From Monocercomonoides exilis PA203 (Eukaryota > Protista > Preaxostyla): a DNA stretch of 64,000 bases. Each line of letters opens with the position of its first letter. The first letter of the stretch is position 1. Positions 34,305 through 45,671 of the stretch are shown here, piece by piece. The stretch covers positions 496,001-560,000 of the forward strand of contig LSRY02000027.1 of NCBI GenBank assembly GCA_001643675.2, given 5' to 3'. The notes below the pieces were generated by a model. That model did not search any database. It saw only the letters and a list, made by a program, of their open reading frames with translations, and was not told the DNA's origin. The translations under genes and the position numbers were made by a program.

Positions 34305-37256
34305 TCAAATTTTCACATCATTGATTGTTGTGTATTGCCTTCGTTTTTTTCTTCTTACCACACACACAACAGTCACTATCACAATCACCACCACGACAAT
34401 AGTAAAAACGATTGTAGAAACAATGATTACAACAAGATGTGTGGTAGGCATTTCCTCTGGATCGTCTTTCTTCTGTTTCACCAAGATAACATTTGAAGAA
34501 TGCTTGTTTTCTCCATTAATAACTCCACTCGGATATGTCAAGCGGCATACCACTGACGTGTAGTCATCCACTTCTAACAAAGATGAAGGAATTCTCACTT
34601 TCATTTCTGTCTCATTTGTATATTCTGAAACAGGGCAATTTGTCCATTTCATTTCTTCTCCTTTCTTTTTTTTCGAAGCTTCTAACGTCAGCCCACAAGG
34701 AAACAGATACGATCCATGCACAACTGCCTCAATTTCTTTCTCATTTTCATTTTTGCCATGTTGCTCGTTCTTATTGCACATTTCATTTCTTTTCATTGTG
34801 ATATTCTTCAAATTTGGTGAAAAGAAATATGATTCCATGTTTTCAGCTGCTGTTCCACCTGCCTTTCTGTTTGATTGCATTCCAAAGGGCTTTCCATCCA
34901 ATCCATCACTTCCAGGCATCAATGAGTGTATATTAGTCCAATAACCCTCACCTCCATCGAATCGAATGTTGTGACGCAATGATGGATATTTTTCCCATTC
35001 TTGATCAACTGGATGATTGTTAATAAAGCTACAATTATAGAGATTCAAACTCGATATCAATGAATAAAAAACACCATCACTAATGTCAATAAATTTACTG
35101 TCATTAACATTCGTCATAAACGAAAAATTCAGAAAAAATAGCCCTGAATCCCAAGAGCACAATGGTTTATCCTCTTCATTCATTTGATCAATTCTCTCCT
35201 TTTCAAGATTACCTTCCATTACTGAGAGTCTCTTGTAAGTTTCATAACTTGCACTCTGACTTTTTCTTGTGATGTTTCTGTTTCTCCCATAAATGGTAAG
35301 CTGCGTAATATTTCCTCTTACTTCGTCGCACTTAATCAATTTATATGGAAGAAGCTTTCCTTCTCCTCCAAGAATATTATCGCCCTCTAATCCAGTGTAC
35401 CACGGTCTGAAGATAACATCAGTGATAGTCAGTCCATATGATCCGTGAATCAAATTGAGTGCTTCTCCTTCAATTGCATCCGGATATTCAATATTAAAAT
35501 GTTGAAGTGTAACATGGGTGTTTCTTTCCCCAAACACCGCAATCGACTTTCCAGCTTCCATATTTGTTCCAATTCGAAGTGTTCCTCTATTCTGATCAGT
35601 TATTGTGGATGACACTGAAAAAGCATCTGATATCGATGAAATTCTGACATGCTGAAAACCCAACAATGGTTCATTAACAGGCACCCTTTCAATGATATTC
35701 AGTGTCAAATAATTATATCTTAAATTGTGCTTTATGGTTGTGCTGATCATATCGCACGGTTCTTCTTTTCGCCCGCATGACTTCTCGTTACTTGCTTTGT
35801 CACCTCCCACATAAATATTTGCAGAATAATACGGCAGTCTGTTTTTCTCGTCTGCCAAAAGATCGATTGTTCTCCCTTCTTTCCTATCTTCAAGCAATAA
35901 GTAATTTGACTTCCCATATATCCCTTCCATTTCAAAAGAAAATTGATTTTCGTCAATCTGTTCTTTTCCTGCTGGAAGAGATATAAAAATATATTTCCCT
36001 TTGTCCGCTGTACATTCCGAAATTGTCATCCCTTTTAATGATAACTTCAGTTTTTCAGTTGCTTCATCGGCCACTCGAATATATATTGCTCCTCCTTTTG
36101 ACTCGTCATTTTGCTGCTCATTCCTTTTTCCAATGTTCACATCTGCACTTTTGCACGAACAATTCGAGAAACGGCAGTTGTAAAATGAATAAGAATGTTC
36201 TTTATTCCAGATTTCCAAATAAGCTGCTCCTCCAATTTTGTGCTCTGTCGATTGGCAATTTGAAAATTTACAATTATCAAAATATGTTGATCTGCACTTC
36301 CCCAGAATTGTGATGACTGATTGAGTTTTGCTCCGTGTTGATATTGCTTCCAAAGTCAAATCATATGCATAAACTTTTTGAGAAGCTTCTGCAAATATCA
36401 ATGCATTAATGGAGTTAAACTGTGAGATCTTGACAATTTGAAGCTTCAATGCTCCTGATTTGCATTGAATCAGAATGCAGTTCAGCACGTTCTCAGAACC
36501 TATATTGTCGATATCCAACGTGTTCAGTTCCACATCTGACCCTTCTCCTTCCACAGTAATTAATCCCTGGTTTCTACCGCTTTTTCGATTCGTATCCACA
36601 CATATGTCTGTTCTGTACATGTAAAAGTGTCCCTCTCCTTTCACATTAAACAATGCATCTCCTTCTTGCACTTTATTTTCGTCCAAAGCTGTTGTAATTC
36701 GATTGTCTGTAAACTTCCTGATCCATATTTTGATTTCGCTTCCTTCAATAATAATCGGCTCAAAGTCATATTTATTGCAACTTTCTGCAGTGTAAATTGT
36801 AAGTGTGCTTTTTGGCTTGCAGTGTTCCACTGCCTTCTTAATGGTTTTGCATGGGATTTTTCCATTTTGTCCGCATTCTTCGCTATCAACTCCATTTTCT
36901 CCATCCACATCCACTTCATTTTCCTCATTGTGCATCATTTCTTTTTTGGCAATTTTGTCACGCACCTCTGAGGGTTCTTCCATTTCAAATATGATGTTTT
37001 TATTTGCAACTTCTTCGAGTTCCCTTTCATTTTTCTCAGCTGCGCAATCGTCCTCTTCTTCAACGATTTCATTTTTTTCTTGTTCTGTTATTGCGAAATT
37101 CTGCCTTGGATAATCAATTCTTTCAAAAACACTAATTATATTCTCTTTTTGTAGTGCTTCTTCTTTTCCTCGATTGAAATTGTTTGCTTGACCTTTATTA
37201 CTGCCCGTGTAATTTCTATTGCAGGTGCAGCAAAACATGCATAAAAGCCAAATCAT
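34305..37256 (-). CDS. 983-aa type-I membrane protein of the same family (2 CG...PC modules), short tail
   Basis: Short hydrophobic N-terminus; CGQNGKIPCKTI and CGRKEEPCDMI; GGAAY/GGAIY; C-terminal TM followed by RRKKRRQYTTINDVKI*. Confidence 0.85.
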   Translation of the reverse strand: MIWLLCMFCCTCNRNYTGSNKGQANNFNRGKEEALQKENIISVFERIDYPRQNFAITEQEKNEIVEEEDDCAAEKNERELEEVANKNIIFEMEEPSEVRDKIAKKEMMHNEENEVDVDGENGVDSEECGQNGKIPCKTIKKAVEHCKPKSTLTIYTAESCNKYDFEPIIIEGSEIKIWIRKFTDNRITTALDENKVQEGDALFNVKGEGHFYMYRTDICVDTNRKSGRNQGLITVEGEGSDVELNTLDIDNIGSENVLNCILIQCKSGALKLQIVKISQFNSINALIFAEASQKVYAYDLTLEAISTRSKTQSVITILGKCRSTYFDNCKFSNCQSTEHKIGGAAYLEIWNKEHSYSFYNCRFSNCSCKSADVNIGKRNEQQNDESKGGAIYIRVADEATEKLKLSLKGMTISECTADKGKYIFISLPAGKEQIDENQFSFEMEGIYGKSNYLLLEDRKEGRTIDLLADEKNRLPYYSANIYVGGDKASNEKSCGRKEEPCDMISTTIKHNLRYNYLTLNIIERVPVNEPLLGFQHVRISSISDAFSVSSTITDQNRGTLRIGTNMEAGKSIAVFGERNTHVTLQHFNIEYPDAIEGEALNLIHGSYGLTITDVIFRPWYTGLEGDNILGGEGKLLPYKLIKCDEVRGNITQLTIYGRNRNITRKSQSASYETYKRLSVMEGNLEKERIDQMNEEDKPLCSWDSGLFFLNFSFMTNVNDSKFIDISDGVFYSLISSLNLYNCSFINNHPVDQEWEKYPSLRHNIRFDGGEGYWTNIHSLMPGSDGLDGKPFGMQSNRKAGGTAAENMESYFFSPNLKNITMKRNEMCNKNEQHGKNENEKEIEAVVHGSYLFPCGLTLEASKKKKGEEMKWTNCPVSEYTNETEMKVRIPSSLLEVDDYTSVVCRLTYPSGVINGENKHSSNVILVKQKKDDPEEMPTTHLVVIIVSTIVFTIVVVVIVIVTVVCVVRRKKRRQYTTINDVKI

Positions 37257-37762
37257 AGCACTTTTATGTGAAAAAAAAGGCCAATATATTGATCATTTCC
37301 ATTTTTTATTATATATCTATCATTGTTATTTGGAACAAAATTATTGGCGTTATAAATTTTATTCTATTCAATTATTTCTTGTATTTTTCTCAATTTTTCA
37401 AAATTTTTTTTCGATTTTGTTTGAGAATGTTAGACTTATCATGATTCGATGGAGAAAAAAATTGGTACAAATTTGAATTTTTTTAATAAATGCAAAGATT
37501 TTGTCACAAATGGGACGAAATTTTTTGTTTTATGAATTTTGTTCCACGCAGTTCTTTCAAAGATTTTATTCAATTTTTATATTACTAAATTTAATATTGC
37601 ACGATAGTGTTTGAATTTCAATCATTCGATTGCAGAAAAAGTTCGGAACAAATCATTGAAATCTTCATTAATGAAAGAATTCTGTCCCAAATGCTGAAAT
37701 GGCCCCATAACATAATGTTTGAATTGAAAAACTGAGCTTTATTACTTTAAAGAAAAATTTCT

Positions 37763-40700
37763 ATGCAATTTACAACGATAATTAGTAATAAAATTTTAGC
37801 AGCATTTTTGTTTTCTGTAGTACTTTTTGTGCAAACTGTTATCTCTGAAGATTTGGATTTGGTGGAAGAAGTTGAAAGCGTACCAAACACTGGTTCTCCT
37901 CCTTATCCTCGTGAAGGCTCATTTATCCAGTACATAAACAACTCAAAAAGAAAAGGTCTGTTCATTGGAGGCGGAAGGGATCGTGATGGAATTGTCATGA
38001 AAGATTCATATTTTTTTGATTTGAACCGGAAATTGTGGAATATAGTGCCAACCTATTCTCTTGATGTTCTTCCTGACCGATACATGTGCGTATCATTTTG
38101 CGTTGAAGATGAGATGTATGTTTGGGGAGGTTTTAGTAGTCGTGGACTATCAAAAGAGTTGCTTTCATATAATTTTGAAAGGGGCTCTTGGGAAGTCTTC
38201 CCGCAATCAGGAAGAACACCTTGCGAGAGATTTGCTCCTTGCAAGGTAGAAACATCATCTCATGTTTATATTTTTGGAGGACAAGGATCTCATGGACTAT
38301 TAAATGACATATGGGAACTGGACAAACAGACATTTTTGTGGCGTTGCTTGCGCGAAAATGATCCCACCAAAAATCCACCTCCGATGCGAGATGGAGGAGC
38401 GTGTATATTTAAAAGCTATTTGTTTATTTTTGGGGGACTGACAAGTAATATTAAAGAAAAACCATGCGCTTACAGAATAAACATATCATATCCTGATGAT
38501 TGCCAATTAATTGAAATGATTTTTGATGAACCTTTTAATGGAGCAATTTATCGATCTGGTTTTACAAGTTATGTGTCGGAAACGGAATGCTTCGGAATTA
38601 TATGGGGGGGAAAAGAAGGGACAATTAAAAGACCGATAGATAAATTATTTGTTTTGAATCTTACAGCAGCTGGACTCAACTCTGTTGTTAAAAATGCTAC
38701 TCTTGTTTCATTTAACTTTTACCGCTGGACAATCGGATACGTGGGGACCTCGTGTACTGTGGATGAAGAAGGAACTACTTATGCATTTGGTGGAAAAATC
38801 CAGTCATTCATATCAAATGAAATTTGTTTTCTGAATAAAGAAGATTGGGCAACATCTCAGGATAGTAGATGTATGCACGAACTTTTGAATAACGCATCTG
38901 CTTCTTTCGCTTTTCTTCGTAGCATTCAAAGCAACCATGTTGATATTCTTTCACAAATTGCCGATGATATATCACTTCCCGTACTGAAGCATCAACTTGC
39001 TGAAGTGAATGGAGAAATAGCTGTCATTGGTGGGTACAATCCCGAGCTAAACAAAATGGTTCCATTGAACAAAAAATTCAATCCTCAGGCGATGTCTTGG
39101 TTTGAGTTAGACATATCAAAATATCAAAGCGAAGGAATACCTTCGCTTGGAGAAGCAGCAGTTGTCGCGTTGAATGGAAAAATTTTTGTGTTTGGTGGAG
39201 CAACTTACGATAGCAACGGAGATTTTCTAACGATGAGCAATGATCTTTGGGAGTATAATAAAGAGACATATTCTTGGAGGAAGATAAAAGTGAAAGGCGA
39301 GAAAAAGCCACCGAAAATGTGCCGTTCTGGCGCAACAATATATGAGTCAATTCTGTATATTGTTGGAGGTTGTGATATTAACAAGAATCTATGTAGTGGC
39401 GTCTGGACATTCAATTTTGCTACGTCAGAGTGGTTCGAAATATATGGTTATGCGCATCAAATACAAAGACCAACTATTTTTGTGAAAAGCATAATTCCAA
39501 GAGATTATTTAATTAATGGCAACAAAAGTAATCGTCAACATTTAAAAATTACTCAGAACAGGTCGAAAGTTTTGAATGAAAAAGTTAAAGAAGATGATGA
39601 ACAGCCAATTCCTCATCTATTTGTTTGCGGAGGTGATGATGGGGAAAATCCCATGGAAGGATGCCAAGCACATCCACTAAAAATCACAGGTATATTTCAT
39701 GAATGGGCAAGCTTATCAGGACCATATTGTCCGATAGGAAGCTCTGGAGTTGTTATTGGAGATGGAGAAGTTGGATTTATTGTTGGAGGAGAAGAATCTG
39801 GAATAGCAAAGAAATCGTACCTTTCTATATTCACTTTCGATGAATACGGAGAAATCAAACTTGCCACGCACAAGTATGGCGAAGGCAGAGAAGAGAAAGA
39901 TTTCCCTTTGGTGCATGGAAGTTGCGCTTTCATGATTGATTCGCTGTATTGCCTCGGTGGCTACGCGGTGAGTGAAGGAATGACACCATTGCCTATTGCC
40001 ACAAATAAACTTACGAGAATCAAATTGAAGAATCACCTTTCCGGCTGCTCACCAGGATCGTTCTTCAGTGAAAGCAAAAAACAATGCGATTTTTGTGAAG
40101 ACGGATCATATTCATCACATTTCAATCAAACGAAATGCGAAAAATGTCCTGTTGGAACTAGTTTATGGGAATCTGGAGCATCAATAAGTGCATGCGTTCC
40201 ATGTGAAGATGGAACATTTCAGCCTGAAACTGGAAGCAAAGAATGCATAAAATGCAATTTGAATAACAGTTGTATTGTTGGATCAGCTTCAGACAAGAAC
40301 ACTTTGCAGAGAAAGCCATTTGAATGCACAGAACAGCCGAAATCATATAATCCAAATTCAAATAAAGAAACAATGTTCACAATTTTATTTTACGGGGTTT
40401 CACTGACACTTGGCTTGATTGTGGCTATTGTATGTTTTTGCCTGCCAACGCGCGAAAAGTTGTATAAATTAGATCAATATTCAGACTCGTACAAGAGCAA
40501 TCTTGACGAAAAAACTCACAAAGCGGTGAAGATTGTGAAGAAGACGAGCTACGGCGGTTGCATTTCAATTATTGGCATTTGTTTTGTGGTTGGTGCAGCT
40601 GCGGCTGTGATTGTGCTATTCTTTTTGATAAACACACTCGAGAATCGAATTTATATTGACTCAAAAATCCAGAACATAACGCTAGATAAATTCATCAACA

Positions 40701-41726
40701 AAAAGATGGAGCTCATAATTCGATTGAGAGATTATTCAGGCGAATGTGTAAAGGATGCGAAAGATAAGCAAATTGAAGCGCAAGGCGAATGCTCTCCGCT
40801 TCTTGGTATTGGAAAGACTTCATATGATCCAATAAGTTTGCCTTCGATTTTTTGACAACAATTTTTATGCAATTGCTTTTTCCTGTTTTCATTTTTTTGA
40901 AACATCATCAATCTGTTTAAATATTTAAAAATGTATTTTTTCAGATATTTGTCCCACTGAGCCGGTTGCTATCGAGCCAATATGTTCTCAATCTCCATCT
41001 CCAAACAAATTATTCACACCAACAGCAGACTGCACAATTCAACTTTTAGCAGAGAATATCAGTGCTGATGCAGTTGATCGACGAGTGAAATTTCTTTCGT
41101 TCTATTCAAAGGAGAAAGATGCATTATTTTATGGATTAGACGCATTTATTTCGGTGGATTCTGGAATAAGGAAGCAGAAAGGGTACTTTTTCATTGATTC
41201 AACATACAAATCACAGGCAGAAAGCCATTTAGATGGAGATTCATCGCATGTTTTCAAAGGTGGAGATCAAACACAGATTGTTGCTGAGCTGATGGTTAGT
41301 AAATATGAGGAGAACAAGTGGAAGCATATTGTGCAGATGGGTCACGAAGCAAGCAAAATATCAATTAAACCAAGCTCACAAGTGAAGAGAGAAGATATCA
41401 GTTTTGCACTGAGTGTGGGAGTGGATATATATGTGGAACTGTCGCAGACAGTCGCTGTGACAACAAGGTCATTTAAGACGTCGGCTGTTGGTCTGATCAC
41501 CGCGCTGGGAGGAACTTTTGTGTATTTGAACTACATTGGGAAACTGATTCCTGTGGTGGAATTTATATTTAGTGGGAAGTTGTTCTGTGGCTGCTGCAAA
41601 AAGAAGTGGAAAAAGTCGAACTTTAAAAGAATTGTGGCGAGGGAATCTCTTTTGGATGAGGAGAGAAAGAAGATACAGATGGAAAGTGATGATGTGACTC
41701 AAGACATGGTTGGCTATGCCTTGTGA
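37763..41726 (+). CDS. Kelch-repeat + Cys-rich (GCC2/GCC3, ephrin-receptor-like) multi-pass membrane protein; 2 exons
   Basis: Signal peptide; about 12 kelch blades (YIFGG, LFIFGG, YAFGG, IFVFGG, W-rich spacers); C-x-x-G-S/T-F/Y Cys repeats at ~40045-40280; three hydrophobic segments; phase-1 intron 40806-40944 joins ORF 37763 to ORF 41085 in frame. Confidence 0.85.
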
Positions 41727-42661
41727 AAGAATGAATTCATTTGAAACTGAATTTGATTCCTTCAATTGCAATATCTATTTATTTATTAATTTTTTTTTCA
41801 CTATAGCTGTATTGCATTTTTATAAGTTTCTTTTAATACAAATGTTAAAAATGAGTGAAGTTTCTGTTCTGCTTTGTTTATTGTCTTTTTCTCAAGGAAT
41901 GAAAATGGAATGATGTCATTTGTTTATGCATTTATTTGATAATGACAACCAGAGCAACCATTGCGCTAATAAAGTGATAGTTTTTTTCCTTTTTATTTTC
42001 GCTTTTTTTTCACTGAGAACATATGAATGATGTGAAAACTTTTTTTCATTTCATCAAAATTGGTTTTGTTCATTATTCCATTTCAAAATTTTACGCAAAA
42101 TTTTCATTGACTTGTATTTTCTTCAGTTATGTTAAATGCAACACTGACGAGTCAAAATTCTCAGTCTGACTCTTGTCTCAGAGAATAATCAATTCTATTG
42201 AAAAGATCTATAAATCACATACAAATAACTTGTATTTTTTGGACAACAACTTACTATTATCTTTAAAACAATTCTATTATTTATTGGGTTTTTGTTTGTA
42301 ATTTTTTTTAGAAAGCTTTTTCTGAAGCAACAATTCTCGCCACTTTATTCACTTTCCGAAATTTCCAAGTCAAAAGTCAGTGCATCATTCAGGATTAAAT
42401 AAGGTCATGAAATATGAATAATTACTTGTGTGAACAGAAAATGTTAAAAAGTTTATGAAAAAGAAATGAAATGAAAAATTTCAATTTTGTTCTGAAATAT
42501 TAATGAAATTTCATGAAAACTTATTTGCCTGAAAATAACTCTTAGCTAATTTTTCATGTGTGTTTGTTCCTTTTAAAAAAATGATTTTTCCATAATATTA
42601 TTGAAAACGCATATTATTAATATTTTGTTAAATAAATTAACTGAATTAACTTTGAAATTTC

Positions 42662-43336
42662 ATGGAAGAGATTAAGTTCCGACGTTCTTTATCTCCTCCT
42701 CCTATGCAACAGAGGCAAGAGAGAATGAAAAAGTACAATTATGTTACACCATATCATTATTTGAGTTTTGAACGGATTGCTCATTGGATTGCAAATTCCT
42801 TGCATTACTTGCAAACAAGTCGAATAACAGTTGAAACGAAAAATAAAGATGCAATTGGCTTACCCCATCTTGGAGACAAGTTCTTTGAGAAAAAGATAAA
42901 TTTTGATGAAGAAAAAGTGCAATTTGTAGGAGAAGAGGAAGAAGGAAAAGATCATCAATTTCTTGAAAACTTCATTTTTTCTTTTTATCAGCAAATAGCT
43001 GTTAAAAAACTGAAAGTTAGCGGAGACGAAATTGTTATGAGCATAATTTTTTTGGATTTATTGTGCTTCAACTATTTCAAGGTTGCGGAACTTAGAAATG
43101 ATTTGTCAGTATTACAGCTGCGTTACATGCTTGCGCTAACATTGTATCTTTCAACAAAAATATTTTCTTCAAATCCAATTGACATTGAATTATTTTGCTC
43201 ATCCACTCAACAAAGAAAAGAGGAATTAATTCAAGGGGAACATTTTCTTCTTTTTTGCATAAGTCAGAACGAGAACTTTGATGACTCTTATTTTTTTAAC
43301 GCTCAACAATTTTTGACACACATATCAGCCATTTGA
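42662..43336 (+). CDS. Cyclin-fold protein (Pho80/P-type cyclin-like)
   Basis: EIVMSIIFLDLL...LALTLYLSTKIFS...EELIQGEHFLLFCI follows the cyclin-box helix pattern (A/SxK, then ExxxL). Confidence 0.6.
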   Translation: MEEIKFRRSLSPPPMQQRQERMKKYNYVTPYHYLSFERIAHWIANSLHYLQTSRITVETKNKDAIGLPHLGDKFFEKKINFDEEKVQFVGEEEEGKDHQFLENFIFSFYQQIAVKKLKVSGDEIVMSIIFLDLLCFNYFKVAELRNDLSVLQLRYMLALTLYLSTKIFSSNPIDIELFCSSTQQRKEELIQGEHFLLFCISQNENFDDSYFFNAQQFLTHISAI

Positions 43337-43742
43337 ATTTTTTCAAATATTTTTCTTCCAAAATGAAATCTTAAGTTTTTCATCATCTTTATTTGAAAAG
43401 ACAGAAATTTGGCACTTTTTGATTTTCAAAATTTTAAATTTATATGTTATTTAATTTTTCGTTTTTTATAGATTCTATTTTTATGATAAGTTGAGGTTTT
43501 ATTAAAGAAAGTGGTAAGAACTCAAAGGTATTGAGATTTTTGTTTTAAAAGATATTTCTGTTATTATTATTTAATCCCACGCTGTTTTGCAATTCTTTTT
43601 CGTTTAAACAATCACAACATCAAAAATATAATTTTTTGTGGATGTTAATTTTCTTCATATTTTTTCATAAAATAAAAATCATAATCTCAATTTTTCAGAA
43701 TGATGTTAAAAAAAAAACCTTGTAAAATAAATGGTTCCTTTT

Positions 43743-45653
43743 TCAAGAAGATGAAGGAGTACTAGAAGAAGACGCTTCGTTGTGAGCAGCTGAAAAACAT
43801 TTCCAATATTTACCTTGAATCTCTTTGACTTTACAAATTGCACCGCTGACAGCATCTTTCACCCTTTTTTTAACAGAAGGATTAATTCTTATAACTTCGT
43901 CCATTTCTTCCTCCTCTTTTTCTTTGAATTCATCAGAACCACTGCCTGTATCATTGTCTGCTCTTTTCACCAACCACATTTTCTTTTGCTTCAATGAATC
44001 GAATGACATAAAAGGCTGATGCAGCAACGATTGAACTGTTGCACATACTCCTTCTGCCAATATGCTGTGCGAATAGCCTCCTTCCAACACACACAAAACT
44101 TGGTTCTGAAGAAAGAGAAAGAGAAAGAGAAAGAGAAAGAGAAAGAGAAAGAGAAAGAGAAAGAGAAAGAGAAAGAGAAAAAGAAAGAGAGAGGGTATTT
44201 ATATATATTGATATGCAAACAGAAATATGTTTGAATTTTCATATTGAGGAAAGAAGAAAAATAAATAAATAAAAATAAAATAATAAAATAATAAAATAAA
44301 AGATGAGTACTTTTATTGATGGAATGTGCTGTAATCTTGAGACCATTTCGTGTATTCCCTTTGGAGTGACTAGCATCCTTCCAACGGAATCGCCTTCCAT
44401 TATGTCATATCCGGCTGAAATAAGCAGAAATGACGGAGAATATTCTTGTGCAAGTGGAATAACTATCTCATCTATAATCATTAAGAATTCTTCATCCCCA
44501 CAGTTAACACACGGAAGTGGAATGTTTACGTTGAAGCCTTCACCTTCGTCCTTCCCAGTACTAAGAGATTTAGAACATCAATCAGTTTCATATATATATT
44601 TATATGTTCAAAAAAAAAAAATGAAAATATAAAAAATTATTGAAAGAATTCACTTATGCTTGACAATAAATCATAAAATTGTATTGCACTAACCTTTCAA
44701 TTGATCCAGTATATGGATAAAATCTCTTATCTCCAAAAAGATGAGTAGAAATGTACAGAGTATCTTTGCTTTGATAAAATATTTTCTCTGTTCCATTTCC
44801 ATGATGCACATCGAAATCAAATATCATCACTCTATTTGGTATTTCATGAGTGGCTGTTGAATTTATTGACTTCAATCTCTCTTGCAAATGAGATGCACAA
44901 ACAGCAATATTGTTAAATAAACAAAATCCCTGAGCAGTGTTTGATTCACTGTTTCATATAAAATTAATATATAAAAAATACATAAAAAATAAATTTGATT
45001 GTATTTTGCATAATTTCATAAACATTCACACGAATGATGGCCAGGCGGTCTGCAAAGAACAAAGTAATTTTCAGGCTTGGCATTCTCATCGATAAAGTGT
45101 TGAAGCATAATATCTGCAGCTTCAATACAACTTCCTATGGCCCATAAGCTAGATTCGTAACTTGATTGGCACATATATCTTAATAAAAATGTTATTGATT
45201 TCTAGTTTTTTAATTTTTCTTAAAATTTATAAAATGCACACGTTGAATCGGACGACAAATCTGGACCATCTGTTGTTGGTTGAGTTTTATTGATGTATTC
45301 AAAAAGCGCTTTTATTAAAAAAATATTTTCCAAATTAATAATATCTTTAAATTTGACGATAAAAAATACCTGGTTGATGGATTGTCATGGATTTTATCCG
45401 ATTTAGATGCTCTTTTGTATGGCAAAGTAATATATCTTTTTCATGACCCCGCTGACCTTCATGAATTTGACATTGTTCAAACAATCCGCTTTCCTTCAAA
45501 CTGGACACAATTGCTTCCAAGCGCTCTGGGCATTCAAATCTAATATCAGCACAATACTAACATATTTAAATATTTTTGTGCAAACCGTGGATTCTCTCCC
45601 CTATGCTCAAAAAAGTGTTCAGAAATCCATAAATTTGTCTGCATCATACACAT
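43743..45653 (-). CDS. Histone deacetylase, class II (Hda1/HDAC6-like single domain), about 7 exons
   Basis: Spliced motifs ECPERL, RPPGHH, GFCLFNNIA, DFDVHHGNGT, GEGFNVNIPL, ISAGYD and LEGGY are all intact; start is one of the ATGs at 45653, 45647 or 45644. Confidence 0.95.
44111..44192. repeat. (GAGAAA)n microsatellite inside the last HDAC intron
   Basis: About 11 hexamer copies directly visible. Confidence 0.9.
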
Positions 45654-45671
45654 ACGGGTTAGATCAATATT

